Below are positions 37,498 to 47,799 of a stretch of DNA of 64,000 bases, piece after piece. The translations under genes and the position numbers were made by a program. The notes beneath the pieces are model-generated. The model saw nothing but the letters and a program-made list of their open reading frames with translations, had not been told where the DNA came from and did not search any database. Numbering within the stretch: position 1 is the first letter of the stretch; each line of letters begins with the position of its first letter. The stretch is from Pseudomonadota bacterium (GTDB lineage: Bacteria; Pseudomonadota; Gammaproteobacteria; Burkholderiales; Methylophilaceae), in the NCBI GenBank assembly GCA_029782295.1, contig JAKOVB010000168.1:169250-233249 (forward strand). The letters are read 5' to 3'.

Positions 37498-40122
37498 TTA
37501 GTTGAGTTTATTCTGCACCCAGCTTGCCACGCTGGCCAACGCCTGTGGCAGGTTGGATGGGTCCGTGCCGCCGGCCATCGCCATGTCAGGGCGGCCGCCG
37601 CCCTTGCCTCCAACCTGCTGGGCCACTGCATTGACCAGATCGCCGGCCTTGAGTTTCCCGACCAGGTCAGGGGTGACGCCCGCAGCCAGGCTGACCTTGC
37701 CATCGGCCGTCGCAGCCAGCACGATGGCGGCAGATTTCAGCTTGTCTTTCAGTTTGTCCATGGTCTCGCGCAGGCCGTTGGCGTCTGCGCCTTCCAGTAC
37801 GGCGGCCAGTACCTTGATGCCTGCGACATCCTGTGCCTGAGAGACGAGGTCGTCGCCCTGGCTTGCGGCCAGCTTGGATTTGAGTCGTGCCAGTTCCTTT
37901 TCCAGCGCCTTGACGTTGTCCATCACCTGCGCCAGTTTGGCCGGGACTTCCTGTGCCGGCGCCTTCAACTCGCTGGCGACCTGTGTCAGCAGTGCCTGTT
38001 GCGCCTGAATCAGCTTCAGTGCGCCTTCGCCGGTGGTGGCCTCCACGCGGCGCACGCCTGCGGCCACGCCGGATTCAGACGTGATCTTGAACAGTCCGAT
38101 GTCGCCGGTGCGGCTGACGTGGGTGCCGCCGCACAGTTCGCGGGAGGTGCCGATGTCGAGTACGCGGACTTCTTCGCCGTATTTCTCGCCGAACAACATC
38201 ATGGCGCCGGTCTTCTGGGCGGATTCGATGTCCATCACGCGTGCCTGGGTGGCAGCATTGGCCAGGATCTCGGCATTGACAATCTGCTCGACCTTGCGGA
38301 TTTCTTCGTCGCTCATCGGCGCGTTGTGCACGAAGTCGAAACGGGTCTTGTCGGTATCGACCAGGGAGCCCTTTTGCTGCACGTGCTCGCCCAGAACCTC
38401 CTTGAGCGCCTTGTGCATCAGGTGCGTGGCGGAGTGGTTGCGCATGGTGGCGTTGCGTGCCGCAACGTTGACGCGGGCGGATACGTTGTCGCCCACCTTG
38501 AGGGTGCCGGTGCGGATGATGCCATGGTGGCCAAACACGCTGGCCTGGATTTTCTGGGTGTCTTCGACGCCGAAAATTGCATTCTCGCCGCGCAGCTCGC
38601 CGCTGTCGCCGATCTGGCCGCCGGATTCGGCGTAGAACGGCGTGTCGTTCAGCACGACCACGCCCATGTCACCTTCGTGCAGTTCGGTGACGCTGGTGCC
38701 ATCCTTGTACAGGGCCAGCACCTTGGCCGGGGTTTCCAGTTTTTCGTAGCCGTGGAAGGTCGTGGCCTGGCCGTCGTATTCCAGGTTGGCCGCCATCTTG
38801 AACTTGCCGGCGGCGCGCGCCTGTTCCTTCTGGCGGGCCATGGCGGCGTCGAACGCGGCAGAATCGACCGTCACGTTACGCTCGCGGCAGATGTCGGCCG
38901 TCAAATCGAGCGGGAAGCCGTAGGTGTCGTGCAGTTTGAAGGCGGTTTCGCCGTTGAACGTGGTGGAGCCAGCCTTGGCCATCTCGGCCAGTTCGGTTTC
39001 CAGAATGGCCATGCCGTGCTCGATGGTCTCGAAGAAGCGGTCTTCTTCCTGACGCAGGATGTCGGTGACACGCTTTTCGCCGGCCTTGAGTTCCGGATAG
39101 GCTTCACCCATTTCGGCGACGAGGTCCGGCACCATCTTGTGGAAGAAGGCGGCGCGAGCGCCCAGCTTGTAGCCGTGGCGAATGGCGCGGCGGATGATGC
39201 GGCGCAGCACGTAGCCGCGGCCTTCGTTGCCCGGGATCACGCCATCGGCGATGAGGAAGGAGCAGGCGCGGATGTGGTCGGCCAGCACTTTCAGCGACGG
39301 GCTGTCGAGGTCGGCGCAGTTGGTTTCGCGCGCGGCAGCCTTGATCAGGCTCTGGAACAGATCAATTTCGTAGTTGGCGTGCACGCCTTGCAGCACGGCG
39401 GCGATACGCTCCAGGCCCATGCCGGTATCGACCGAGGGCTTGGGCAGCGGGTGCATCGCGCCGGCTTCGTCGCGGTTGAACTGCATGAATACGTTATTCC
39501 AGATTTCGATGAAGCGGTCGCCGTCTTCGTCGGGGCTGCCCGGAGGCCCGCCGGGAATGTGTGCGCCGTGGTCGTAGAAAATCTCGGTGCAGGGGCCGCA
39601 GGGGCCGGTATCGCCCATCATCCAGAAATTGTCGGAAGCGTAGCGCGCGCCCTTGTTGTCGCCGATGCGGATGATGCGTTCTTTCGGTACGCCGATTTCA
39701 TTGGCCCAGATGTCGTAGGCTTCGTCGTCTTCGGCATAGACCGTGACGGTGAGCTTGTCGGCAGGAATCTTGAAGACGACGGTGAGCAGTTCCCAGGCGT
39801 ACTGGATGGCATCGCGCTTGAAGTAGTCGCCGAAGCTGAAGTTGCCAAGCATTTCGAAGAAGGTGTGGTGACGCGCGGTGTACCCGACGTTTTCCAGATC
39901 GTTGTGCTTGCCGCCGGCCCGTACGCACTTCTGGGAGGTCGTGGCGCGGGTGTAGGGGCGCTTGTCGAAACCGAGGAACACGTCCTTGAACTGGTTCATC
40001 CCTGCGTTGGTGAAGAGCAGGGTCGGGTCGCCCGCCGGTACCAGCGAGCTGGATGCCACCACGGTGTGGCCCTTGGAGGCGAAAAAGTCGAGAAAGGCCT
40101 GTCGTATCTGTTTGCTGTTCAT
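37498..40122 (-). CDS. alaS: Alanine--tRNA ligase
   Basis: 874 aa. [10 protein letters not shown], editing-domain HxxxH (HSATHLMH) and CGGTH motifs. Confidence 0.97.
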   Translation of the reverse strand: MNSKQIRQAFLDFFASKGHTVVASSSLVPAGDPTLLFTNAGMNQFKDVFLGFDKRPYTRATTSQKCVRAGGKHNDLENVGYTARHHTFFEMLGNFSFGDYFKRDAIQYAWELLTVVFKIPADKLTVTVYAEDDEAYDIWANEIGVPKERIIRIGDNKGARYASDNFWMMGDTGPCGPCTEIFYDHGAHIPGGPPGSPDEDGDRFIEIWNNVFMQFNRDEAGAMHPLPKPSVDTGMGLERIAAVLQGVHANYEIDLFQSLIKAAARETNCADLDSPSLKVLADHIRACSFLIADGVIPGNEGRGYVLRRIIRRAIRHGYKLGARAAFFHKMVPDLVAEMGEAYPELKAGEKRVTDILRQEEDRFFETIEHGMAILETELAEMAKAGSTTFNGETAFKLHDTYGFPLDLTADICRERNVTVDSAAFDAAMARQKEQARAAGKFKMAANLEYDGQATTFHGYEKLETPAKVLALYKDGTSVTELHEGDMGVVVLNDTPFYAESGGQIGDSGELRGENAIFGVEDTQKIQASVFGHHGIIRTGTLKVGDNVSARVNVAARNATMRNHSATHLMHKALKEVLGEHVQQKGSLVDTDKTRFDFVHNAPMSDEEIRKVEQIVNAEILANAATQARVMDIESAQKTGAMMLFGEKYGEEVRVLDIGTSRELCGGTHVSRTGDIGLFKITSESGVAAGVRRVEATTGEGALKLIQAQQALLTQVASELKAPAQEVPAKLAQVMDNVKALEKELARLKSKLAASQGDDLVSQAQDVAGIKVLAAVLEGADANGLRETMDKLKDKLKSAAIVLAATADGKVSLAAGVTPDLVGKLKAGDLVNAVAQQVGGKGGGRPDMAMAGGTDPSNLPQALASVASWVQNKLN

Positions 40123-40134
40123 TGTGTTTGACTG

Positions 40135-40593
40135 CTATTCAAAATCTTCAATATCGCCGCTTAACACGGCTTTGATCGTATCCATGCCGAACCCCCGTCC
40201 TTGCAGGAAACGGGCCTGTCTGGCCCATTCTTCCCGGCTCCCGGGCAGTTCACCGAATTTTTTGCGCCACCACTTCAAGGCGGTTTCGCGGTCTTCCTCG
40301 CGTGCCTCGCTCAACGCCTGTTCAACCAGGTCATCCGAGACGCCATTGGCGCGCAGTTCGTGCGCCAGTTTCAGGCTGCCGACCTTGCCTCGCCGGGCGT
40401 GGACCATCTGGTCCGTATAGCGCTTGTCCGACAGCCATCCGCGCTTCTGAAAATCTTCCAGCAGGGCGTTGACGTCTTCTTCCCCGGCATAGGGTTGCAG
40501 TTTTCGATATAACTCGGCGCGAGAATACTCGCGCCGGGTCAGGTAGCCTAACGCCCTTTCGCGAAGGTTAGGCGTCGATTTCGTCATCCTCAA
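40135..40593 (-). CDS. recX: Recombination regulator RecX
   Basis: 152 aa. [20 protein letters not shown] and three-repeat helical pattern. Overlaps the recA 3' end by 26 nt (the start could be 2 codons later). Confidence 0.88.
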   Translation of the reverse strand: MRMTKSTPNLRERALGYLTRREYSRAELYRKLQPYAGEEDVNALLEDFQKRGWLSDKRYTDQMVHARRGKVGSLKLAHELRANGVSDDLVEQALSEAREEDRETALKWWRKKFGELPGSREEWARQARFLQGRGFGMDTIKAVLSGDIEDFE

Positions 40594-41608
40594 CCGGGGC
40601 CGTGGTCATCAGTTCGTTCACCAGTCCGGCATTGGCGCGGATCTTGGCTTCGACTTCCTTGGCGATTTCCGGACGTTCCTTCAGGAATTCGCGCGCGTTG
40701 TCCTTGCCCTGGCCGATTTTTTCGCCCTTGTAGCTGTACCACGCGCCGGATTTCTCGATCAGCTTGAGGTTCACGCCCATTTCGATGATTTCGCCTTCGC
40801 GAGAAATGCCTTCGCCGTACAGGATGTCGAACTCGGCCTGCTTGAACGGCGGGGAGACCTTGTTCTTGACAACCTTGACGCGGGTTTCGGAGCCGATGAC
40901 TTCGTCGCCTTTCTTGATCGCGCCGGTGCGGCGGATGTCGAGTCGGACGGATGCGTAGAACTTGAGCGCGTTACCGCCGGTCGTGGTTTCCGGGTTGCCG
41001 AACATGACGCCGATTTTCATGCGGATCTGGTTGATGAAAATCACCAGCGTGTTCGCACGCTTGATGTTGGCGGTCAGTTTGCGCAATGCCTGGGACATCA
41101 GGCGGGCTTGCAGGCCCATGTGCGAGTCGCCCATTTCGCCTTCGATTTCGGCTTTGGGGGTCAGCGCGGCGACGGAGTCGACCACGACGATGTCGACCGA
41201 GCCCGAACGTACCAGCATGTCGCAGATTTCCAGCGCCTGTTCACCGGTGTCCGGCTGGGAAACCAGCAGGTCGTCGACGTTGACGCCCAGCTTGCGCGCA
41301 TAGAGCGGATCCAGGGCGTGTTCGGCATCGATAAAGGCCGCGGTGCCGCCCAGTTTCTGCATTTCGGCGATGACTTGCAGGGTCAGCGTGGTCTTGCCCG
41401 AGGATTCCGGGCCATAGATTTCGACGATGCGGCCGCGCGGGAGGCCGCCGATGCCGAGCGCGAGGTCCAGTCCCAGCGAGCCGGTGGAGACCGCTTCGAT
41501 GTCGGTGACGACGTCAGAGTCCCCCATGCGCATGATGGAGCCCTTGCCGAACTGTTTTTCGATTTGAGAGAGGGCTGCAGCGAGTGCTTTGCTCTTGTTT
41601 TCGTCCAT
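40568..41608 (-). CDS. recA: Recombinase RecA
   Basis: 346 aa. [12 protein letters not shown] Walker [10 protein letters not shown] Walker B, L1/L2 loops. Near-canonical sequence. Confidence 0.98.
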   Translation of the reverse strand: MDENKSKALAAALSQIEKQFGKGSIMRMGDSDVVTDIEAVSTGSLGLDLALGIGGLPRGRIVEIYGPESSGKTTLTLQVIAEMQKLGGTAAFIDAEHALDPLYARKLGVNVDDLLVSQPDTGEQALEICDMLVRSGSVDIVVVDSVAALTPKAEIEGEMGDSHMGLQARLMSQALRKLTANIKRANTLVIFINQIRMKIGVMFGNPETTTGGNALKFYASVRLDIRRTGAIKKGDEVIGSETRVKVVKNKVSPPFKQAEFDILYGEGISREGEIIEMGVNLKLIEKSGAWYSYKGEKIGQGKDNAREFLKERPEIAKEVEAKIRANAGLVNELMTTAPVEDDEIDA

Positions 41609-41748
41609 GAATTGACCTTGGTTTTTTAGGCGACTGATAAACCTCTGATTATTTCATAAATCAGGGTGTAAGGTAAGCGGAAGATGGGGCGTTTCGTATC
41701 GTATTTGGCGATGAAAATGGCGGGGCGGGGGTGGCTGATGTGGTGGCT

Positions 41749-42507
41749 TTATGCGGACTTCTGGCGGGCGATTTCCAGCCGGATTTTCCGTTCGGTGATG
41801 GCTTGCGTCAACTGCCTGACCAGATCGCCAAGCGGGGTGCCCCCCATGGCCTCTGCTGTTTCGATGGTTTTTCTGAGCTGGTAGACGTCAGATTTGCGGT
41901 AAATCTGTTGCTCGTGCTTCAGTTCGACCAGGCGTCGGCGCAGTTGCGCGATGCGGCGGATGGTCTTGACCAGGCGTGAAGCGGTATCCTCGCCGGCGAT
42001 CGCTTCGGGGTCCTGGCCGAATTCGTGCATCAGCCGCTCGATGGCCTTGAGGTCCCCGCGTTCGTAAGCGCGGTTGACCTGTGCCATGAGTTCGGTGCGG
42101 CGCAGGCGCTCGGCTTCGTTGGTGGCGCGGTCGGGATGCATCAGCTTGGTCGCTTTCCGGTAAGACTGCTTGAGCTCGGCAGTAATGTCCGGAGGAGGCG
42201 CCGGCCTAGCGTTGATTCCACCCGCTTCTTCGGCGGATTTCTCTGCGCGCGACTGTGTGGTCTGGGCCTGCATTTGCGCGTCCGGGTTGCCGGGGTTGCT
42301 CAGCATGTTTTCGTAGGCCAGTTGTGCGTCCAGATCGTCCAGCTCGGCAAACAGCCGGCCGACGGCCTTGTAGTAGCGATGCCGGAATTGCTCGGTTTCG
42401 GTTTTTTCGGTTTCGAGAGTGAGTTCGGCCAAGGCGACCTGATCCTCCAGTCGGGCCTGTTCGTCCTCCAGTCTTTGTAGCTCCTGATCTTCTGGGAAAA
42501 TGCTCAT
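41749..42507 (-). CDS. J-domain (DnaJ-like co-chaperone) protein with flanking coiled-coil regions
   Basis: 252 aa. LKQSYRKATKLMHPDRATNEAERLRRTELMAQVNRAYERGDL contains the HPD tripeptide in a J-domain helix II/III context. Glu/Gln/Leu-rich heptad-like N- and C-terminal segments. No Zn-finger or Gly/Phe region. Confidence 0.8.
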   Translation of the reverse strand: MSIFPEDQELQRLEDEQARLEDQVALAELTLETEKTETEQFRHRYYKAVGRLFAELDDLDAQLAYENMLSNPGNPDAQMQAQTTQSRAEKSAEEAGGINARPAPPPDITAELKQSYRKATKLMHPDRATNEAERLRRTELMAQVNRAYERGDLKAIERLMHEFGQDPEAIAGEDTASRLVKTIRRIAQLRRRLVELKHEQQIYRKSDVYQLRKTIETAEAMGGTPLGDLVRQLTQAITERKIRLEIARQKSA

Positions 42508-42516
42508 ATCATGTGG

Positions 42517-43668
42517 TCAATAGAGGTCATATTCCTGAAGTTGCCCCAATTGCCACTGGGCTTCGGCATGCCCTTGCCGGGCTGCCTTGCGGAACCAGAA
42601 TTGCGCGGCATCGTCATCCTGCGGGACGCCATGGCCGGCTTCGTACATCGTGCCCAGCTTGAATAGCCCCTCTTTGTCATCCTGGGCGACCGCGCGTCCA
42701 TACCATTGCAGCGCATTCTCGTGGCGGCCACTCATCCGGTAGACATCCCCCAGCCAGCATTGCAGCATCGGGTCGCCTTGCGCGGCGGCGAGTCCCATCC
42801 ACTCCAGCGCCTCGCTGTTGCGGGCTGCGTCGGGATGCTCGCCGTCGTAAAGTTCCAGCCCCAGCGACCATTGGGCACGAGCGTAGCCGCGTTCCGCCGC
42901 CTTGCGGTGCCAGTGCTCGGCCTGCTGTCTATCCGGTGCGACGCCGTGGCCGTCCCGGTACATGTCGCCGAGATCGCACCACAAGGTTGGGTCGTCCTGA
43001 TCCCGTCTGGCAAACGTATGTTCGAAGGCCAGTTCGGCGAGCCGGCGTGCCTGCGTGGCATCCTCATGTCCATGGTCCCGGGCAAGGATCAGGACGGAGA
43101 GCGGATAGTAGGCACGCTCGAATTGATCCTCCGCCAATTGTTGGAAGGCCTTGAGCGTAGCGGAAATCGCCGGGTTGTCGGCCTTCCAGCTCCCGAGCAG
43201 GGTTTCCCGGTCGAAGATGATGCGCAGCTTGCGATAACGTTCTTCCTGAATCGCGTGATTCGGGTTGTTGGCAAGATTGACCGGTTTGCGTTTCTGGTTC
43301 TTGTTCTGATCCGGTTGAGCGAACTGGGCCTCGCACTCCTTGCAGAAGCGGATGGCGTAGGCCTTGACGCCGTCACCGAACTTTTCGATGGCCTTGCTGA
43401 AGAAGATGCGCACGAAGTCGGTGTAGGGAATGCTGCCGCCCAGGTAAGGCTGTGCGATCTCGAGAAATTGCAGGCGGGCGCTCTGGTAGACCGAATCGTC
43501 GAACGACTGACGGCTGTCCCTCAGGGCTTCGAGCCCGCGCCTCACCAGACTGTCATCCTGCCATGGGGAGCCTAGCCCCTGATGCGTCCGGGCCGGAAAC
43601 CGGTCATGCAGGGATGCCGAGGCGTCGGTACTTGCGGTGTGCAGGGTGGAAGGCGTCATCGTGTGCAT
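42517..43668 (-). CDS. Sel1-like repeat (SLR/TPR-type) protein with a roughly 220-aa unassigned N-terminal region
   Basis: 383 aa. C-terminal repeats A.HW.RKAAERGYARAQWSLG, W.GLAAAQGDPMLQCWLG, WYGRAVAQDDKEGLFKLG, WFRKAARQGHAEAQWQLG. The start is 2 nt after the pncC stop and the stop is 9 nt before the J-domain gene start. Confidence 0.8.
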   Translation of the reverse strand: MHTMTPSTLHTASTDASASLHDRFPARTHQGLGSPWQDDSLVRRGLEALRDSRQSFDDSVYQSARLQFLEIAQPYLGGSIPYTDFVRIFFSKAIEKFGDGVKAYAIRFCKECEAQFAQPDQNKNQKRKPVNLANNPNHAIQEERYRKLRIIFDRETLLGSWKADNPAISATLKAFQQLAEDQFERAYYPLSVLILARDHGHEDATQARRLAELAFEHTFARRDQDDPTLWCDLGDMYRDGHGVAPDRQQAEHWHRKAAERGYARAQWSLGLELYDGEHPDAARNSEALEWMGLAAAQGDPMLQCWLGDVYRMSGRHENALQWYGRAVAQDDKEGLFKLGTMYEAGHGVPQDDDAAQFWFRKAARQGHAEAQWQLGQLQEYDLY

Positions 43669-43670
43669 GG

Positions 43671-44159
43671 TCAGATGGCGAACTCAACCAGACGATCCAG
43701 CAGGGTGATGACGGACTGCTTGCGGATGGCGTCCCGGTCTCCCTGAAATTGGTGCGTGGCGGTCAGTACCCGGCCGTCGTGACAGGCCCAGCCGAAACAG
43801 ACTGTCCCGACGGGCTTTTCGACAGTGCCACCTTCGGGACCGGCAATGCCTGTGATGGCGCCAGCGATATTCGCGTGGCTGTGGCGCAGGGCGCCGAGCG
43901 CCATGGCTTGGGCCGTCTGCTCGCTGACGGCCCCTGTCTGCTCGAGGGTAGCGGGTGGAACTTCCAGCAGTTCCATTTTGGCCGCATTGCTGTAAGTCAC
44001 GAACCCCCGGTCGAACCAGGCGGAGCTGCCGGGGATGGCGGTGATGGCTTGTGCGGCCATGCCGCCGGTACAGGATTCAGCCAGCGCAAGCATCCAGCCG
44101 CGCGCCTTGAGCGCTGCTCCCAGGCTGGCGGAAAGGGTCAGGAGTGGATCAGCAGCCAT
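43671..44159 (-). CDS. pncC: Nicotinamide-nucleotide amidohydrolase PncC (CinA C-terminal domain)
   Basis: Start taken at MAADPLLTLSASLG... (162 aa). AESCTGG, FVTYSN, GIAGP motifs. The track ORF extends upstream into pgpA. Confidence 0.85.
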   Translation of the reverse strand: MAADPLLTLSASLGAALKARGWMLALAESCTGGMAAQAITAIPGSSAWFDRGFVTYSNAAKMELLEVPPATLEQTGAVSEQTAQAMALGALRHSHANIAGAITGIAGPEGGTVEKPVGTVCFGWACHDGRVLTATHQFQGDRDAIRKQSVITLLDRLVEFAI

Positions 44160-44638
44160 TGCAGGGCCTTGAGCGTGGCGATGGCGTACAGGGCCGCCAG
44201 CAGGTCGTCGAACATGACGCCCAGTCCTCCCTTGAGTCGGGCGTCGAACTGGCGGATTGGCACAGGCTTCCAGATGTCGAACAGGCGGAACAGCATGAAC
44301 GCGGCTATCCACCAGAGCCCGTTTCGCGGGGTAAATTCCAGCACTAGCAGCATGGCGACGATTTCGTCCCAGACAATGCTGCCGGGATCTGCCACGCCCA
44401 TGGCCCGGCCGGTAATGCTGCAGGCCGGGATGCCGAGCAGGAACAGCAGTGCGATGACGGGCAGGTGGGCGGTTTCCGGTAGCAGCATGAGCAAGGCAAA
44501 TAGCGGCAGCCCGATCAGCGTGCCATAGGTGCCCGGGGCGTGGCGTGCCAGCCCGCTACCGAACCCCAGGGCGACGAAGTGTGCCGGGTGACGCAGCAGA
44601 AAGGCCCAAGTGGGGCGTGGCTCAGGCAAAGTGGTCAT
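44138..44638 (-). CDS. pgpA: Phosphatidylglycerophosphatase A
   Basis: 166 aa. GFGSGL...PGTYGT, IVWDEIV, and FRLFDIWKP, the characteristic PgpA motifs. Confidence 0.9.
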   Translation of the reverse strand: MTTLPEPRPTWAFLLRHPAHFVALGFGSGLARHAPGTYGTLIGLPLFALLMLLPETAHLPVIALLFLLGIPACSITGRAMGVADPGSIVWDEIVAMLLVLEFTPRNGLWWIAAFMLFRLFDIWKPVPIRQFDARLKGGLGVMFDDLLAALYAIATLKALQWLLIHS

Positions 44639-45578
44639 AACCGCCTCGTTCTATGGTCATTGGGGTCCCCCGGTCGTCGAGCAGCCTAAGGCCCGGCAAC
44701 TCGGTGATGCTGCCGATTCGGCTCAACTTGAGGCCGAGTCGTTCGCCGATGGCGCTGATTTCCCCTTGGCGGGAAGCCGGCGCGGTAAAACACAGCTCGT
44801 AGTCGTCGCCGCCTGCCAGCAGGCAGTTGCGGGCCCATGGCTGATTCAGGAAATGTGCGAGTGCGGGATGTGCCGGCAAGCTGTCGAAATGGAGCTCTGC
44901 GCCGACGTCGGAGCGTTCCAGGATATGGCCGAGGTCAGCCAGCAGGCCATCGGAGATGTCGATGGCGGCATGCGCGACGTGCCGCAGCGACAGGCCCAGC
45001 TCTACTCGCGGAGACGGGCGTTCCAGTGCGGCACGGCAGATGGTGAGCGCGTCATCAGGCAGTTCCACCAGCCCCTGCAGGGCGCGCAGGGCCAATGCGG
45101 CTTCGCCCAGCCATCCGGAGACCCAGATGTCGTCCCCGGGTTTTGCTTGGTCACGACGCAGGGCCAGTTCCGGAGGAACTTCGCCCAGAATGGTGATGGT
45201 GCAGGTCAGCGGTCCGCCAGTGGTATCGCCGCCAACCAGCTCGGTGTGGAATGCCCTGGCACAGGCGTAGAGACCCTTGGAGAAGGGGGCCAGCCAGGCG
45301 TCATCGGCTTCAGGCAGCGTGATCGCGAGTAGCGCCCATCGGGGTTGGGCACCCATGGCGGCGAGGTCGGACAGATTGACGGCCATGGTTTTCCAGCCGA
45401 CGCCATAGGGGTCCGCATCCGCGAAGAAATGACGCCCGGCGACCAGGGTGTCGGTCGAAATCGCCAGTTGCATGCCCGGCGATACCGGCAGCAGGGCGGC
45501 ATCATCCCCGGCGCCCAGCACGGCTTCGTGGGTGGGGCGACTGAAGAAGCGTCCGATCAGTGAAAATTCCGAGCGCAT
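44622..45578 (-). CDS. thiL: Thiamine-monophosphate kinase
   Basis: Start taken at MRSEFSLIGRFF (318 aa), with its ATG overlapping the mogA stop (ATGA). GDDAALL, ISTDTLVAGRHF, GGDT motifs. Confidence 0.9.
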   Translation of the reverse strand: MRSEFSLIGRFFSRPTHEAVLGAGDDAALLPVSPGMQLAISTDTLVAGRHFFADADPYGVGWKTMAVNLSDLAAMGAQPRWALLAITLPEADDAWLAPFSKGLYACARAFHTELVGGDTTGGPLTCTITILGEVPPELALRRDQAKPGDDIWVSGWLGEAALALRALQGLVELPDDALTICRAALERPSPRVELGLSLRHVAHAAIDISDGLLADLGHILERSDVGAELHFDSLPAHPALAHFLNQPWARNCLLAGGDDYELCFTAPASRQGEISAIGERLGLKLSRIGSITELPGLRLLDDRGTPMTIERGGYDHFA

Positions 45579-46162
45579 CAGGCGGAAGGTTTCTGGGCGG
45601 ATTTCGGACGGAAAGCCTTGACCACCGCCTCGTGGGTTTCGACATAAGGGGCGCCGATCAATTCCAGGCAGTACGGGACGGCAGCGAAGATGCCATGCAC
45701 AAGCTGTTTGCCGGAGTTGTCCTTCAGGCCTTCCAGGGTCTCCCTGATGGATTTCGGCTGGCCCGGCAGGTTGATGATCAGGCATTGCTTGCGGATCACC
45801 GCGACCTGCCTGGACAGGATGGCGGTCGGCACGAATTGCAGGCTGATCTGGCGCATCTGCTCACCAAAGCCGGGCATGACGCGGTCGCCCACGGCCAGCG
45901 TCGCTTCCGGCGTGACGTCCCGTAATGCAGGACCGGTCCCGCCGGTGGTCAGGATCAGCGCGCAGCCTTCATAATCCACCAGGTCGCGCAGGGTGGATTC
46001 GATTTCCGGCTGTTCGTCCGGGATGATGCGTTCGATGCTGGTCCACGGGGTCGCGAGGGCGGTGCCCAGCCAGTCGCGCAGAGCGGGGATGCCTTTGTCT
46101 TCATAGACGCCCTGGGAGGCGCGATCGCTGATACTGACGAGGCCGATGCGTAGCGTTTCCAT
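45578..46162 (-). CDS. mogA: Molybdopterin adenylyltransferase (MogA)
   Basis: 194 aa. IGLVSISDRAS, TTGGTGPALRDVTPEAT, PGQPKS. Confidence 0.88.
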   Translation of the reverse strand: METLRIGLVSISDRASQGVYEDKGIPALRDWLGTALATPWTSIERIIPDEQPEIESTLRDLVDYEGCALILTTGGTGPALRDVTPEATLAVGDRVMPGFGEQMRQISLQFVPTAILSRQVAVIRKQCLIINLPGQPKSIRETLEGLKDNSGKQLVHGIFAAVPYCLELIGAPYVETHEAVVKAFRPKSAQKPSA

Positions 46163-46203
46163 ACTGAATCTGAATTGTTAGAAGTTGCGCTATAGTTTAC
46201 TCC

Positions 46204-47001
46204 ATGAACCTCTTTGACGCTGCTTACCAGGCGCTGATGACGCCTGATCCGGATCGTAAATGTGTCCTTGCTGCTGCACTGCTGGAGGACTGGTCGCAGG
46301 GACGGGTGGACATGGAGGGCGCTGGTTCGCTCGTGCATCCGGTCGAGGTGCCGGGGCGTCCCGAGCGTCCTGAGCTGGTCTCGCCACTGGACGTCCGTCA
46401 TCGCGGTCTCGGTTCGCTCGAGGGGCGTGCGGCGCTGATTCATGCGTTATCCCACATCGAGTTCAACGCCATCAACCTGGCGCTGGATGCCGTCTATCGT
46501 TTCCGTGACATGCCGGCGGAATTCTATGGCGACTGGCTCAAGGTCGCAGCGGAAGAGGCTTACCATTTCAAATTGCTGCGCGACTATCTCGCCGGCATGG
46601 GGTACCGGTACGGTGACTTCACCGCGCACAACGGGCTTTGGGAGATGGCTCGCAAGACATCGGGCGATCCCCTGGCGCGCATGGCGCTGGTGCCGCGGTT
46701 GCTTGAAGCGCGCGGTCTGGACGTGACGCCCGGCATCCGGGCCAAACTGGTGGCCGCGGGAGAATCCGGTGCCGGCGAGATCCTTGACATTATCCTTCGC
46801 GATGAAGTGGGCCACGTGGCGATCGGTAACCACTGGTTCAGTCACCTGTGTGCGCAGCGCGAGCTGTTGCCTGCGGAGACTTTTGTCGGGCTGTTGGCTG
46901 AATACGATACTCCCCGTCCGCGCCCGCCATTCAATCGTGAGGCGCGAGTCGCCGCCGGTTTCGAACGCGACGAGATCGCCTGGCTGGAAAGCGAGCTGTA
47001 G
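46204..47001 (+). CDS. DUF455 ferritin-like family protein
   Basis: 265 aa. HIEFNAINLALDA, EEAYHF, EARGLD, RDEVGHVAIGNHWF. A diiron-type helix-bundle pattern of the DUF455 family. Confidence 0.75.
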   Translation: MNLFDAAYQALMTPDPDRKCVLAAALLEDWSQGRVDMEGAGSLVHPVEVPGRPERPELVSPLDVRHRGLGSLEGRAALIHALSHIEFNAINLALDAVYRFRDMPAEFYGDWLKVAAEEAYHFKLLRDYLAGMGYRYGDFTAHNGLWEMARKTSGDPLARMALVPRLLEARGLDVTPGIRAKLVAAGESGAGEILDIILRDEVGHVAIGNHWFSHLCAQRELLPAETFVGLLAEYDTPRPRPPFNREARVAAGFERDEIAWLESEL

Positions 47002-47103
47002 GCGTGGGCGGACGCCGCCTCAAAAATTTTTTCTTGCGTCGGGAACAGTGCCTGGAATTTTGACTCTATCAGCCATTATGTTCAGATTCCTGGAAGGGTG
47101 GAT

Positions 47104-47790
47104 ATGAAGATCGCCGCAAGCTCGCTGGGCGTCCTGTTGCTCGGTGCGGCCACTACCGTGATGACCGCGTCCCCGGAGAAAAGCGAAGAGGATTTCAATC
47201 CTTACGCCGCTTCCTACGTCAGCCGCCTGTCACCTCCCGCTGCCGTGCATGAGCCATTCAGACTTTATAGCGGTACGGATAAAGTCGGCGATTACTACCG
47301 TCTGCTGGAAGATGGGTACGATATGCTGGGCTATTCCTCTTTCGAGTCCAGCAACGTCCCCTCCGATGAACTCAGGGCCCATGCTGAACAGATCAAGGCG
47401 GATCTTGCACTGATCTATACCCGCGGCGTGGACAGCCTGGTTAACCGCGGGAAACAGCCAGATGCCTCGGGCAAGGTCGATCAAACGGTCTACGAGTATT
47501 TCGCGACCTATTGGACCAGGTTGCCGACGCCATTGCTCGGTTTGCACGTGCAGCGCGAGAATGGGGAGGACGATAGCGGACTTGAAGTGCTGGCGGTGAT
47601 ACGACAATCACCTGCGGCCTTGTCGGGGCTGCAGCGCGGAGATGTGCTGACGCAGTTGGGCGAGGAGGAGTTGCACCAACCGGAACACCTGACCCGGGCA
47701 GCCCTTCGTTATGCCGGGCAAACCGTGACCCTGGCAGGCAGGCGCGACGGTGAACCCTTTGCTCGCAGCGTGACGTTGAATTCGCGCTGA
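47104..47790 (+). CDS. Secreted protein with C-terminal PDZ domain
   Basis: Signal peptide MKIAASSLGVLLLGAATTVMTA. C-terminus GLEVLAVIRQSPAALSGLQRGDVLTQLGEEEL is PDZ-like. ATG 47104 follows GGAAGGG. The track ORF starts at GTG 47098. Confidence 0.7.
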   Translation: MKIAASSLGVLLLGAATTVMTASPEKSEEDFNPYAASYVSRLSPPAAVHEPFRLYSGTDKVGDYYRLLEDGYDMLGYSSFESSNVPSDELRAHAEQIKADLALIYTRGVDSLVNRGKQPDASGKVDQTVYEYFATYWTRLPTPLLGLHVQRENGEDDSGLEVLAVIRQSPAALSGLQRGDVLTQLGEEELHQPEHLTRAALRYAGQTVTLAGRRDGEPFARSVTLNSR

Positions 47791-47799
47791 GGGGAATGC

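Noticed and set aside
43452-44528. 358-aa plus-strand ORF spanning the pncC/pgpA region.
   Set aside because: It is antisense to two well-supported genes (pncC with AESCTGG, pgpA with FRLFDIWKP). The translation is Ser/Arg/Gly/Pro-rich with no recognisable domain.
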